From positions 192,001 to 256,000 of the forward strand of contig CAVSDR010000003.1 in NCBI GenBank assembly GCA_963726745.1: DNA of 64,000 bases, given 5' to 3'. The number at the start of each line of letters is the position of its first letter. Positions within the stretch are counted from its first letter, which is position 1. The translations under genes and the position numbers were made by a program. Origin of the DNA: an uncultured Verrucomicrobiae bacterium (GTDB lineage Bacteria; Verrucomicrobiota; Verrucomicrobiia; Chthoniobacterales; UBA10450). Positions 1 to 9,862 of this stretch are shown piece after piece. The notes beneath the pieces are model-generated. The model worked only from the letters and a program-made list of their open reading frames with translations, was not told where the DNA came from and did no database searches.

Positions 1-1
1 C

Positions 2-103
2 GCCCGGCTCCAGGCGCACGGGCCGTGTCCGATTCACCGGCGGTCGTTCGAGCCGGTGGCGCAGCCGCTTTTCGCCTTCGTGAAAAGTGAAGTCGCTGTC
101 TAA
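2..103 (+). CDS. rnhB: Ribonuclease HII, 3' end (partial, truncated by window)
   Basis: Frame from nt 2 reads ARLQAHGPCPIHRRSFEPVAQPLFAFVKSEVAV*. HGPCPIHRRSF is the typical RNase HII C-terminus, and rnhB-yraN adjacency is common. Confidence 0.85.
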   Translation, partial: ARLQAHGPCPIHRRSFEPVAQPLFAFVKSEVAV

Positions 104-207
104 TTCTCGCGCGGGCGTCCCGCTGTAGCCCTGCACATTTTGTCGCTTGTAGCCCGCCGGGTCGCTGGACGTCGCTGGCGCTCCCCGGATGACAAAACGA
201 GCGTGTT

Positions 208-681
208 TTGGTATGCCTCGATCTCGCGATGCGAAGAAGTCTGCCGCCTTCCTTCCGGACCTTGCTCTCGGGGTGGCGCGCGCAGCTTTTTCGCCGTGGT
301 CCGGCGCATCTGCGCCAGGGGCGGCGCGGGGAGAAATTAGCCGCCCGCTTCCTCCGCCGCCACGGCTACAAAGTGCTGTATAAAAACTTCCGCGGCCGCA
401 CCGGCGGCGAGATCGATCTCATTTGTCGCGACCGCGACACGCTCGTTTTTGTGGAGGTAAAAACGCGCGCGAGCGAAGACTTCGGCCGCCCAAGCGCGGC
501 GATCCACGCGGAGCAGCGGCGGCGGATTTCGCGCGGCGCGCTCGCCTGGCTGCGCCTGCTCGACCACCCGGAGATCCTCTTCCGCTTCGATGTGGTGGAA
601 GTGCTCCTGCCCGCCGGCGAAGCACCGCGGCTCGAGCTTCTGCGCGACGCTTTCGGCCTGGCGGAACCGTATCGCTACTGA
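208..681 (+). CDS. yraN: YraN/UPF0102 family putative endonuclease (true start may be the ATG at 229)
   Basis: GRRGEKLAARFL, GEIDLI, LVFVEVKTR and RFDVV motifs. Confidence 0.9.
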   Translation: MVCLDLAMRRSLPPSFRTLLSGWRAQLFRRGPAHLRQGRRGEKLAARFLRRHGYKVLYKNFRGRTGGEIDLICRDRDTLVFVEVKTRASEDFGRPSAAIHAEQRRRISRGALAWLRLLDHPEILFRFDVVEVLLPAGEAPRLELLRDAFGLAEPYRY

Positions 682-695
682 GTTCGCGGCGGCGG

Positions 696-723
696 TTGTG
701 ATCGCGCACGAGGCCGTTATAAT
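696..723 (+). promoter_or_regulatory. Sigma70-like promoter for the tRNA
   Basis: TTGTGA (696-701), 16 nt spacer, perfect TATAAT (718-723), 14 nt upstream of the tRNA. Confidence 0.55.
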
Positions 724-737
724 CCCGGCCACGAGCT

Positions 738-811
738 GCGCCCGTAGCTCAATTGGATAGAGTGACAGCCTCCGAAGCTGTAGGTTGCGCGTTCGAGCCG
801 CGCCGGGCGCA
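738..811 (+). tRNA. tRNA-Arg (anticodon CCG), CCA not encoded
   Basis: Acceptor stem GCGCCCG/CGGGCGC, D-arm GCTCAATTGGATAGAG, anticodon arm ACAGC-CTCCGAA-GCTGT, T-loop GTTCGAG. Confidence 0.95.
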
Positions 812-858
812 CTTTCCGGGGAAAGCGGGCGCTACGACGCGGCCGCGCCACCGAGGAT

Positions 859-1188
859 TTAGGCGAGCGCCTCGATCCGGCCTAACAAGTCCTTCTTGCT
901 GGTCATGCCGGTGATCTGATCCATCACCTGGCCATTCTTAAAGAAGAGGAGCGTGGGAATGGCGCGCACGTTGAAACGCGCGGAGAGGCCTTGGTTATGG
1001 TCGATGTTCACCTTGGCCACCTTGATCGTGCCGGCTTTTTCCTTCGCGATCTCGTCCAGCACCGGGGCGATCATTTTGCACGGGCCGCACCATTCGGCCC
1101 AGAAGTCCACCAGCACGGGCGTGTCGCTCTTGGTTACCTGGTCGTCAAAATTGCTCTCGTCGATCGTCAGCGTGGTCGAGTTATCCAT
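859..1188 (-). CDS. trxA: Thioredoxin
   Basis: VLVDFWAEWCGPCK active site; 109 aa from MDNSTTLTID. Confidence 0.95.
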   Translation of the reverse strand: MDNSTTLTIDESNFDDQVTKSDTPVLVDFWAEWCGPCKMIAPVLDEIAKEKAGTIKVAKVNIDHNQGLSARFNVRAIPTLLFFKNGQVMDQITGMTSKKDLLGRIEALA

Positions 1189-1190
1189 AG

Positions 1191-2129
1191 TCAGGAAACG
1201 TAGTTCCAAATCTGGATAAGCAAAGTGACCGTGGAAGCGCCGAGGATGAGCCAGCAAACGCCCAGCGGGACGGAATCGAGCCGATCGACGAAGCTCTCGT
1301 TAGGCGACAAGACGGGCGCTTTCGGCGAAGTCGTGAGCACGGGCGGCGCGTTGTGGATCGTGACCGCCGGCACCGTCTTCTGTAACGGCTGCGTCTTCGA
1401 CATTTTCACCGTCGGCTGCGGCGCGGCGCGCTCCGGCAGGATATTGATCCGCGCAGTTTCCTTCTTCGGGCCGGACTGTGTGCCGGAGCCGGGATAATTT
1501 GCCGGCGCGGCGGAAACGGAACCGGGCGCCGCGGCTGGCGGGGTGACGCGCGGGGGCGGCGGAAGCACTCGGGGGCGGGAAGGCATCGCGGGCACCGGAG
1601 CCGGCGCTGGCGTGGACGCCGCCGGCGGCGGAATCACTGGCGGCGCAGTCGGCGTGGGCACACTGGCGGGCGGCGGCGGGGGCGTGGCAGCCGCCGGCAC
1701 CGACTCGGAAGGAGGCGGAGTGACCGGCGAAGGGGGGCGGGGCGGGGGCGGCGGAACACTCGCGGCCGGAGGACGGGGAACCGCGGGAGGCGGAGGCGGC
1801 GGAGCCCCGGGCGGGCGGGCGGCAAGAGGCGCGCCCGAGGGCGGCGCTGGCGGCTTGAAGGAAGGGGGACGCACTGCGCCAGCGGCGGCGGGCGGCGGAA
1901 CCGGCGGACGGGCCATAGGCGGCGGCGCGACCGGCCGCGAGGGCGGCGGAGGCATGGGCGGCGCAGACCGCTTCGGGCCGCCGACGGTGCCGCTGGCTCC
2001 CGGAGGTTTAGGCGGCAAATTGATCTTTCGGGTGTCGCCCGAATCGTCTCCGGCAGCCCCTTTCTGGGGCAGGCGCGGCGGAAGAGTGATGCGAACAGTT
2101 TCTTTTTTCGGCTCGTTCAGATCACTCAT
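1191..2129 (-). CDS. Proline-rich, probably disordered protein with a C-terminal transmembrane anchor
   Basis: Very Pro/Ala-rich core, repeated KKETxRI motif, hydrophobic C-terminus VCWLILGASTVTLLIQIW. Confidence 0.75.
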   Translation of the reverse strand: MSDLNEPKKETVRITLPPRLPQKGAAGDDSGDTRKINLPPKPPGASGTVGGPKRSAPPMPPPPSRPVAPPPMARPPVPPPAAAGAVRPPSFKPPAPPSGAPLAARPPGAPPPPPPAVPRPPAASVPPPPPRPPSPVTPPPSESVPAAATPPPPPASVPTPTAPPVIPPPAASTPAPAPVPAMPSRPRVLPPPPRVTPPAAAPGSVSAAPANYPGSGTQSGPKKETARINILPERAAPQPTVKMSKTQPLQKTVPAVTIHNAPPVLTTSPKAPVLSPNESFVDRLDSVPLGVCWLILGASTVTLLIQIWNYVS

Positions 2130-2233
2130 GGGCGCAGCGAATTGCGTCAGGGAACTTCTCTGAAAGGCCAACCTTTGTCACTGGTTAAATCCAAGGACTA
2201 CCAGTTTTTTCCGACCGCGCGCCGCGCCACCGT

Positions 2234-3616
2234 TCACGCGAGCAAATCATAGCCGCGGCTGCCGGTGATTCGGCGAAAGACGAACTCGCCCACGGGCGCG
2301 GGCTGCGCCAGAACCACGGTGGCATCCACGTCCGGCGCATCGGCTTCGGTGCGGGCGATGTGCGGCTGCTCGACCAGCATTTTCAACTCCTGGCCCACGC
2401 GCGCGGCGGCGAGCTCACGAGCGATCCGCTGTTGCGCGAGCATTGCGCGCCGGAAGCGGGCGTTCTTCGTTCGCGCCGGCACCTGGTCAGGCATCTTGGC
2501 CGCGCGCGAGCCTTCCTCCTGCGAATATTTGAAGATCCCCAGCCGCTCGAAGCGCACCCGCTCGATGAACTCCAGGAGGGTCTCGAATTCCTCCTCCGTC
2601 TCCCCGGGAAAACCGACGATGAAAGTCGTCCGGAGCGCGATCCCGGGAAGGCCGGCGCGCAGCGCGACGATCAAATCCTCAATGTGCTGCTTGCCGGTCT
2701 CCCGGCGCATCCGGCCGAGCATGGCTTCGTGGATGTGCTGCAGTGGCATGTCGATGTAGCGCGCGACCTTGGGGCAGGCCGCGATCGTCTCGATGAGCTC
2801 GCCGCTCCAATGCGCCGGGTGCGTGTAAAGCAGGCGCACCCAAAACTCGCCCGGCACTTCCTGGATCTCGCGGAGCAAAGTCGAGAGCGTGGTCCCGCGG
2901 GCGGAATCCACCGGCTGGCGCGGCCCGGCCTTTTCGTTCCAGGAATCCATCCCGTAATAAGTCGTGTCCTGGCTGATGAGGTTGATCTCCTTGACCCCTT
3001 CCGCGACTAACGAGCGGACTTCCGCGAGGATCGATTCCGGTGGCCGGCTGCGATGCCGCCCGCGCATCTGCGGGATCACGCAGAAACTGCACGGATGGTT
3101 GCAACCCTCGGCGATCTTGAGGTAGGCGGTGTGCGGCGGGGTGAGGCGAAAGCGCGGCGTGTCGTAGGACGGGATGTAAGTCGGCCGCGCGGTCACGAGG
3201 TTGAGCGGATCCGCCTCGTCCGCCGCGGGCGACGCTGCGAGCACGCGTTCGGCGATCTCGCCGAGTTGCGTCACCTGGTCGAGCCCGATGAAGGCGTCCA
3301 CTTCCGGCAACTGCGCGCGCAGTTCGTTGGAAAATCGCTGCGACATGCAGCCGCTCACGATCAGGCGCTGGCCGGCGCGCTTCGCCAGGCCGCGCTGCTG
3401 GTGCGCGTCGAGGATCGCGTCGATCGATTCCTCTTTCGCGGAGTCAATGAAAGCGCAGGTGTTAATCACGAGCACGTCGGCGTCCTCGGCGCTGGCGGTG
3501 ATCTCCATCCCGCGCGCGCGCACGCTCCCGAGCATGATCTCGGCATCGACTAAATTTTTCGCGCAACCGAGCGAGATCATTCCGACCTTCGGCCGCGCGG
3601 ACAGAGTCTCGATCAT
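2234..3616 (-). CDS. rimO: Ribosomal protein S12 methylthiotransferase
   Basis: SLGCAKNLVDAE, NTCAFI, radical-SAM CNHPCSFC, C-terminal TRAM-like region. Confidence 0.95.
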   Translation of the reverse strand: MIETLSARPKVGMISLGCAKNLVDAEIMLGSVRARGMEITASAEDADVLVINTCAFIDSAKEESIDAILDAHQQRGLAKRAGQRLIVSGCMSQRFSNELRAQLPEVDAFIGLDQVTQLGEIAERVLAASPAADEADPLNLVTARPTYIPSYDTPRFRLTPPHTAYLKIAEGCNHPCSFCVIPQMRGRHRSRPPESILAEVRSLVAEGVKEINLISQDTTYYGMDSWNEKAGPRQPVDSARGTTLSTLLREIQEVPGEFWVRLLYTHPAHWSGELIETIAACPKVARYIDMPLQHIHEAMLGRMRRETGKQHIEDLIVALRAGLPGIALRTTFIVGFPGETEEEFETLLEFIERVRFERLGIFKYSQEEGSRAAKMPDQVPARTKNARFRRAMLAQQRIARELAAARVGQELKMLVEQPHIARTEADAPDVDATVVLAQPAPVGEFVFRRITGSRGYDLLA

Positions 3617-3618
3617 CG

Positions 3619-4647
3619 CTACTCGACCCTCACATCGGCGTCGCCGCCGCTGACGATTTTGCCGTTCTTGCGGATGACCAGGTCGGCGCGATCGAGCGAT
3701 TTTACCGCGATGCTTTTGCCGCGGAGTTGCAGCGGTGTGTTCACGTCGACCCAGCGCTGGAACGAGGAGCGGCCGCGGTCGGTGTCGAGCGTGACACGCA
3801 CAAAAGTTTTCTTGAGCGGACGGATGTCGAAGATCTTGGCCGCGGGCGTGGGGGAAATAGACGGCGAGATGGCGGCTACAGGCGCCGCGGTCGGCATCGG
3901 GGCGACCGTCGCGGTCGGCGAAGGCGTTGGTGCCGGAGTGGAAGCGGCTACCGGCGGCGGCGTGGCCTTGTTGACCTCATCCGCGCGCACCGGCTCGGCG
4001 CGGCGCACCTCCGGTTCGCCCTCGGTAAGCGGGAGCGCGGCGATGGGAGTTTGTTCGGGAGTGGCCGAGGCGCTCGGGAGAGGAATGGGCGTCGCCACCG
4101 CGAGCGCGGCCCGCGCCGGGGCCGGCGTCGGATCCACCGGCAAGGCTTTGGGCGCGACGATCGTCTCCGAGGCCGCCGGCGTGGGGCTGGCGCTGGAGGC
4201 CGCAAGCGCCTGCGCATCGCGCTCGCTCGGCTTCAGCCTCCGCAAATCCATCATGAATTTGAGCAGCAAAAATCCGCCTACGAGCACGACCACGCCGATG
4301 ACCAGCGGCGTGAGCGAAGAGCGATTGCCGGAGCGCGGCTCGCGCCGGACGACCTCGGTGCGGCGCGGCGCCGGCACAGGGTTGTCCTGCAAATAAGAAT
4401 AGCCATCGACGGTCATCGTCTCTGGCGCTTCGAAGGCCTCGAGATACGGCGTGACGTCGACGTTGAGAAACTTCCCATAGATCACGAGGAAGCCCTTGGC
4501 ATAGGCCAGGCTGGGAAAGTGCGAGAAATCTTCCGCTTCGAGCTCGGCCAGTTTCGCGGGACGGATCTTCGTCATCCGCGCGGCTTCCTCGAGCGTGAGA
4601 TTGCGCGCCTGCCGCGCTTTTTGAAACTTATCGCCTAGACCTTCCAT
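3619..4647 (-). CDS. rodZ: RodZ-like helix-turn-helix membrane protein
   Basis: N-terminal HTH (LGDKFQKARQARNLTLEEAA...YAKGFL), one TM segment, Pro/Ala linker; lies between ftsK and rimO. Confidence 0.8.
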   Translation of the reverse strand: MEGLGDKFQKARQARNLTLEEAARMTKIRPAKLAELEAEDFSHFPSLAYAKGFLVIYGKFLNVDVTPYLEAFEAPETMTVDGYSYLQDNPVPAPRRTEVVRREPRSGNRSSLTPLVIGVVVLVGGFLLLKFMMDLRRLKPSERDAQALAASSASPTPAASETIVAPKALPVDPTPAPARAALAVATPIPLPSASATPEQTPIAALPLTEGEPEVRRAEPVRADEVNKATPPPVAASTPAPTPSPTATVAPMPTAAPVAAISPSISPTPAAKIFDIRPLKKTFVRVTLDTDRGRSSFQRWVDVNTPLQLRGKSIAVKSLDRADLVIRKNGKIVSGGDADVRVE

Positions 4648-4666
4648 GGAGGGATGCCCGGCGTTG

Positions 4667-7132
4667 TTAAACCGCCGCGTCGAGGTCGACGAGAATCTCG
4701 CGCGGCTTCGCGCCTTCGCCGGGCCCCAAAATGCCGCGCTGCTCCAGAATGTCAACGATCCGGGCCGCGCGCGTATAGCCCAGCCGCAAGCGGCGTTGCA
4801 GCAGCGAAGTAGAGGCGCGTTTCTCCTGACGGATAATTTCGAGACATTTCTCGACCAGCTCCTCGTCTTCTTCGGTCACGTCCTCGCCTTCTTCGCCCGA
4901 CATCCCGCCGGCTAATTTCTCGCTGATCGCGAGGTCGTAGGCTGGCGGGCTCTGCGCGCCGACAAACTCGACCAGCCGCTTGATCTCGTCGTCGGTCACA
5001 AGCACGCCCTGCGCGCGGATCAGGCGCGAAGTGCTCGGCGGGAGATAGAGCATGTCGCCCTGGCCTAACAAGCGGTCGGCGCCGTTCTCGTCCAGGATCA
5101 CGCGGCTGTCGATCTTGCTCGCAACCTGGAAGGCGATGCGGCTGGGAATATTCGCCTTGATCACGCCGGTGATGACATCCGCGCGCGGCGTTTGCGTGGC
5201 CACGATCAAGTGAATTCCGGCGGCGCGCGCCATCTGCGTGATCCGCGCGATCGCGCTTTCCACATCGGCCGGCGCGGTCTGCATGAGGTCGGCTAATTCG
5301 TCAATGATCACGACGATATACGGCAGCTTCTCCGGGATGATTGGCTCGTCGTCGCGCGGGACGACGATGTTCAGCTTCTGGGTGTATTCCTCGACCGAGC
5401 CCATTGGCGGCTTTTCCTCGAGCGGCAATTGTTCGCCCTTCGCTTCGGCTTCTTCGTCGAGTTCCCGCTGCGTTTTCTTCTTCGGCCGGCCGTTGAAGCT
5501 GGTGATATTGCGCACGCCGGTCTTGGCGAAAATCTTGTAGCGATTCTCCATTTCCAAAATCACGTGGCGCAGCGCGAGCAGCACTTTCTTCGGATCGGTC
5601 ACCACCGGGATGATGAGATGCGGCAGCTCGTTGTAGACCTGCATCTCGACCACCTTCGGATCGATCATGATGAAGCGGAGCTCATCCGGGGTGAAGCGGT
5701 AGAGCATCGAGGCGATGAGCGCGTTGATACAGACGCTCTTGCCGCTGCCGGTGGTCCCGGCGACGAGCAAATGCGGCATCTGCGCGAGGTCGGCGATGAT
5801 GGTTTTGCCGTAAACATCCTTGCCCAAAGCGATGGGTAATTTCTGCTTCGCGTCCGTCCAATCAGGTGACTGCATCAGCTCGCGCAGCGTCACCTTGACC
5901 TTGCGGCTATTCGCCAGCTCGATGCCGACGGTGTCCTTGCCGGGAATGGGCGCGAGGATGTTGATTCGCTCCGCGCGCGTGGCCCGGGCGAGGTCGCGCT
6001 CGAGGCTCACGATCTTGTCCACGCGCACGCCTTTGGCCGGATAAACTTCGTAGCGGGTGATCGTGGGGCCGCGGGTGATATCGCCCGGCGCGACCGAGAT
6101 GCCGAACTGCAGGAGCGTGTCGATCAAGGTCGCCTGGATGCGCTCGAGCTCCGCGGGATCCGCGGCCACGCGGCCCTCGAGATCGTGCTCGTCGAGCAGG
6201 TCGAGGCCAGGAAGTTCGTAGTTTTCGAGATCGATTTTGGCACTCGTTAGACCATCGAGGCTTTTGTTGCCGGATTTGTCTTTGCCGCGGAGTTCTGCCA
6301 ACGACGGCTTCTTTTTCGCAGCCGGCAATTCCGTCGGCAGCGCGGTGGTATCGACCACTTTTGGCTTCGGACGATTCGCCAATTCCTCCGAAACAGACAG
6401 CGCGCTCGCCGGCTCCGGGACGGGCGCGCCTTTCTTCTTCAGCTGCCGCTCGATCGAGCGCTGCTGCTTGGCAAGCTCGCGCTGGCTGATTTCCAATTGC
6501 CCCTTGAGGTCGGTGCGCTGAAGGCTGCGCTTCAGGCGCCAATTGCGGTAGTCCGCCACGCTCCGGCGCATCCCGGCGACGCCTTCGCGCACCAGGTGAA
6601 TCGGCCGCAGGCCGGTCATCATGATCAAGCTCGTGAGGTAGAGTCCGCTCAGGAGAAGGAGCGAGCCGACCTGCCCCATGAGCAGCAGGAAGATGTGCCG
6701 CCCGAAATAGTAGCCGACCCAACCGCCCGGACCCTGGATATTAAAAAGCGTCCGCCAATCGCTCAGGAAATGCGTTTGCAGATGCAGCAGGCACGCGCCC
6801 GTGCCGACGAAAAGCGCGATCCAGCCGGCGCGCTTGCCGACGTGCAGCTGCGCGTAGAAGAGCTTGGCCGCGCCGAAGCCGAGGAGCGCCACCGCCAGCA
6901 GGTACGAAGCGCCGCCGATCATGAAGTAGGAAAAGCCGGCCACGATCGCGCCCAGCGGCCCGATGAAATTCTGCGCCGGCGAATTCGGCGAGGAAACTTT
7001 GCTGAACCAGACCCAGGCGGGTAAATCGCGGGGCGAATAGGAGATCAACGCCAGGAAAAGCAGCGTCCCGACGAAGAGGAGAATGAGCGCGAAGACTTCA
7101 TCCCAGGCATTGTTTTTCGCTGTGCGGGCCAC
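4667..7132 (-). CDS. ftsK: DNA translocase FtsK/SpoIIIE
   Basis: N-terminal TM domain, Walker A GTTGSGKS, IDELADLM, ATQTP, gamma domain SLLQRRLRLGYTRAARI; start GTG 7132 (or TTG 7141). Confidence 0.95.
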   Translation of the reverse strand: MARTAKNNAWDEVFALILLFVGTLLFLALISYSPRDLPAWVWFSKVSSPNSPAQNFIGPLGAIVAGFSYFMIGGASYLLAVALLGFGAAKLFYAQLHVGKRAGWIALFVGTGACLLHLQTHFLSDWRTLFNIQGPGGWVGYYFGRHIFLLLMGQVGSLLLLSGLYLTSLIMMTGLRPIHLVREGVAGMRRSVADYRNWRLKRSLQRTDLKGQLEISQRELAKQQRSIERQLKKKGAPVPEPASALSVSEELANRPKPKVVDTTALPTELPAAKKKPSLAELRGKDKSGNKSLDGLTSAKIDLENYELPGLDLLDEHDLEGRVAADPAELERIQATLIDTLLQFGISVAPGDITRGPTITRYEVYPAKGVRVDKIVSLERDLARATRAERINILAPIPGKDTVGIELANSRKVKVTLRELMQSPDWTDAKQKLPIALGKDVYGKTIIADLAQMPHLLVAGTTGSGKSVCINALIASMLYRFTPDELRFIMIDPKVVEMQVYNELPHLIIPVVTDPKKVLLALRHVILEMENRYKIFAKTGVRNITSFNGRPKKKTQRELDEEAEAKGEQLPLEEKPPMGSVEEYTQKLNIVVPRDDEPIIPEKLPYIVVIIDELADLMQTAPADVESAIARITQMARAAGIHLIVATQTPRADVITGVIKANIPSRIAFQVASKIDSRVILDENGADRLLGQGDMLYLPPSTSRLIRAQGVLVTDDEIKRLVEFVGAQSPPAYDLAISEKLAGGMSGEEGEDVTEEDEELVEKCLEIIRQEKRASTSLLQRRLRLGYTRAARIVDILEQRGILGPGEGAKPREILVDLDAAV

Positions 7133-7253
7133 CGGCGCCAATAGTAGGCGCGCGCCCCGGGCAATTCAATGACCCACCTTTGCCATTGCAACGCGCGAGG
7201 CGGTCGTTCTTTCCACTTGCTGCGAATCTAACCGGATGGCTACTGTCCGCCCA

Positions 7254-7505
7254 ATGTCGCGCTTTTCTCCTCGCCGCCTTATCGCCACCACCGCCGCCGT
7301 CGCGCTCGTCTGTTTTTGCTCCTGTGAGCGCCATCACCCGGACGAGCTGCATTCTGAGACGCTGCAAGAGACGACCTCGCAGCACGTCGGCCAGCACCAG
7401 GACGGCGAGCACCTGAAGGCGGACAAAGGCGCTCCCGCCGCCGCCGATATGAGCCCGCTGCCTAGTTCCACGCCGGTGGAGTTTTTCCCCTCGCCCACAC
7501 CTTAA
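7254..7505 (+). CDS. Small predicted lipoprotein, His-rich
   Basis: MSRFSPRRLIATTAAVALVCFCSC signal with Cys, followed by ERHHPDELH; a -10-like TACTGT lies 7 nt upstream. Confidence 0.55.
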   Translation: MSRFSPRRLIATTAAVALVCFCSCERHHPDELHSETLQETTSQHVGQHQDGEHLKADKGAPAAADMSPLPSSTPVEFFPSPTP

Positions 7506-7535
7506 GCCTCAGAGTTAACCCGGAGCCCACCGACC

Positions 7536-8960
7536 ATGGCCAAGCATCAATACGCGACCAAGCCGCCAAACTTGAGCACGATGCCTCCGGGCGTGCCCTA
7601 CATCATCGGGAACGAAGCCGCGGAGCGTTTCTCGTTCTACGGGATGCGCTCGATCCTGATCGTGTTCATGACGACCTACCTGGTCAACGTGACCGGGAAG
7701 CTCGCGCCGATGGGCGATGCCGAGGCCCGCGCCTGGTTCGCCACTTTCGTCTCCGCGGTTTATTTCCTGCCGATCCTGGGCGCCATCCTCGCCGAGGGCG
7801 TTCTCGGGAAATACCGGACGATCCTCTATCTCTCGATCGTCTACTGCCTGGGCCATCTCACGCTCGCCTTCATGGACACCGATTGGGGCATCGGCTTCGG
7901 CCAGGAAAAGGTGCTCGCGATTGGCCTGGGCCTGATCGCCTTTGGCTCCGGCGGAATCAAGCCCTGCGTCTCGGCGAACGTGGGCGACCAGTTCGGCGAG
8001 TCGAACAAGCATCTCCTCTCGAAGGTCTTTGGCTGGTTCTATTTTTCGATCAACGCCGGTTCCTTCCTTTCGACCATTTTCTGCCCGTTGATGCTGGCGA
8101 ATCCCGCTTGGGGCCCGCGCTGGGCCTTCGGCATTCCCGGGGTGGCCATGTTCATCGCTACGGTTTTCTTCTGGCTCGGCCGCAAGAAATTCGTTCACAT
8201 CCCGCCGGCTGGCTGGGGCTTTGTGAAGCAGATGTTCAGCAAGGAAGGCCTCGGCGCCCTTGGACGGTTGGTGATTGTCTACATCTTTGTCGCCATCTTC
8301 TGGTCGCTCTGGGACCAAAGCTCGGGCGGTTCCTGGACGCTGCAGGCGCGGAACATGGATTTGAATTTCTTCGGCCTGCAACTGCTCCCGGCCCAGGTGC
8401 AGACGGCCAACCCGATTCTCATCCTGCTGTTTATTCCGTTGATGAACTACCTGATCTATCCCGCGATCGAGAAGGTTTTCCCGCTCACGCCGCTGCGAAA
8501 GATCGGCATCGGCCTCTTCCTCACTGGGTTCAGCTTCGTCGTCATTGCTTTCATCCAAAGCATGATCGACGCGGGCCAGCAGCCGACCATCTGGTGGCAA
8601 TTCCTCGCCTACGTCATCCTGACTGCGGGCGAGACCATGGTCTCGATCACCGGCCTCGAGCTCTCCTATACTCAGGCGCCGAACAAGATGAAGAGCGCGG
8701 TCATGGCCGCGTGGCTTTTCTGCGTCTCGTTAGGCAACGCTTTCACCGCGGGAGTGAACTTTTTCATCTCCAATCCCGACGGCAGCTCGAAGATGACCGA
8801 CTTCCACTACTACCTCTTCTTTGCGGGCTTGATGATCGTGGCCTCGCTCATCTTTGCGGTGGTCGCGAAGTTCTATCGCTACCGGACTTACCTGCAATCG
8901 CAGGAAACGCCGGCTGAAGAAGCGACCGAGCCGCTCCTCGCTGGCGGGACCCCGACCTAA
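7536..8960 (+). CDS. POT/PTR family proton-dependent oligopeptide transporter
   Basis: NEAAERFSFYGM (ExxERFxYYG-like), GSGGIKPCVSANVGDQF, FYFSINAGS, many TM segments. Confidence 0.93.
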   Translation: MAKHQYATKPPNLSTMPPGVPYIIGNEAAERFSFYGMRSILIVFMTTYLVNVTGKLAPMGDAEARAWFATFVSAVYFLPILGAILAEGVLGKYRTILYLSIVYCLGHLTLAFMDTDWGIGFGQEKVLAIGLGLIAFGSGGIKPCVSANVGDQFGESNKHLLSKVFGWFYFSINAGSFLSTIFCPLMLANPAWGPRWAFGIPGVAMFIATVFFWLGRKKFVHIPPAGWGFVKQMFSKEGLGALGRLVIVYIFVAIFWSLWDQSSGGSWTLQARNMDLNFFGLQLLPAQVQTANPILILLFIPLMNYLIYPAIEKVFPLTPLRKIGIGLFLTGFSFVVIAFIQSMIDAGQQPTIWWQFLAYVILTAGETMVSITGLELSYTQAPNKMKSAVMAAWLFCVSLGNAFTAGVNFFISNPDGSSKMTDFHYYLFFAGLMIVASLIFAVVAKFYRYRTYLQSQETPAEEATEPLLAGGTPT

Positions 8961-9862
8961 AGTTTCGCCACCGCCGCAACCATCCGCGCGCGCATCTGCT
9001 CGTTAGGCAACGGGCCGGTGCCGGCAGTCATGTTGTCGGCTAAATGCCGCGGGTTCGAGGTCGCCGGGATCGCGCAGGTGACCGCCGGGTGCGCCACGAT
9101 CCACTTGAGGAAGAATTGCGCCCACGACTTGCAGCCAAATTCCGCCGCCCACTCCGGCAACGGCTGTGCCCGCACTCGTGGAAATAAGCCGCCGCCGCCG
9201 AAGGGCCGGTTAATGATCACCGCCACGCCACGCTCCTGCGCCAGTGGGAGGACGCGCTCCTCGGCTTCGCGTTCCATGAGCGAGTAATTAATCTGCACGA
9301 AGTCGATCGGCTCGTTCGCGAGCACGCGCGCGACTTCCGCGTGGCTCCCCGCGGTGTAATGCGTGATCCCGAGGTAGCGCAGCTTCCCCTCCTCTTTCCA
9401 CGCGCGCAGAGTCGGGAGGTGCGTCGGGAGATCGACTAAATTATGCACCTGCATCAGGTCGAGCCGTTTTGTCCGAAGCAGGTCCAACGAGCGCTGCATC
9501 GACTCGATCCCGGCTTCGCGGCCCGTGGTCCAAATCTTGGTCGCGAGAAAAAGCGGCAGCTCGAGCTTCGCCGCGAGCTCCCCCAGGACCGCTTCCGCGC
9601 GGCCATACATCGGCGAGCTGTCGACCAACTTGCCGCCTAATTTCACGAAGCTTCGCAACACTTCCTCGAGCGGCGCGCGTTCGGCGGCGGAAGCGCCCAC
9701 GTCAAACGTCTGCCACGTTCCCAAGCCGATAACCGGCAACTTCTCGCCCGATGAAGGGATGGAGCGCTCGAGCATGGCGACACTTTCCGCGCGCCCCGAC
9801 GGAAGGAGCAAGCCAGCAGCTCCACCGACGAGGATGCGCGTCGCCGCCCGCCGCGTGATCAT
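8957..9862 (-). CDS. Aldo/keto reductase with a twin-arginine-like N-terminus
   Basis: IGLGTW, DSSPMYG, LATK, DLMQVHN, GKLRYLGIT, QINYS motifs. Confidence 0.9.
   Translation of the reverse strand: MITRRAATRILVGGAAGLLLPSGRAESVAMLERSIPSSGEKLPVIGLGTWQTFDVGASAAERAPLEEVLRSFVKLGGKLVDSSPMYGRAEAVLGELAAKLELPLFLATKIWTTGREAGIESMQRSLDLLRTKRLDLMQVHNLVDLPTHLPTLRAWKEEGKLRYLGITHYTAGSHAEVARVLANEPIDFVQINYSLMEREAEERVLPLAQERGVAVIINRPFGGGGLFPRVRAQPLPEWAAEFGCKSWAQFFLKWIVAHPAVTCAIPATSNPRHLADNMTAGTGPLPNEQMRARMVAAVAKL

Noticed and set aside
738..860. tRNA-Arg as an integration site
   Set aside because: No integrase, no duplicated tRNA 3' end noticed, and trxA follows immediately.
8957..8960. Convergent genes with overlapping stop codons (also 51668..51671)
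   Set aside because: Common in compact bacterial genomes; not evidence of a special system.
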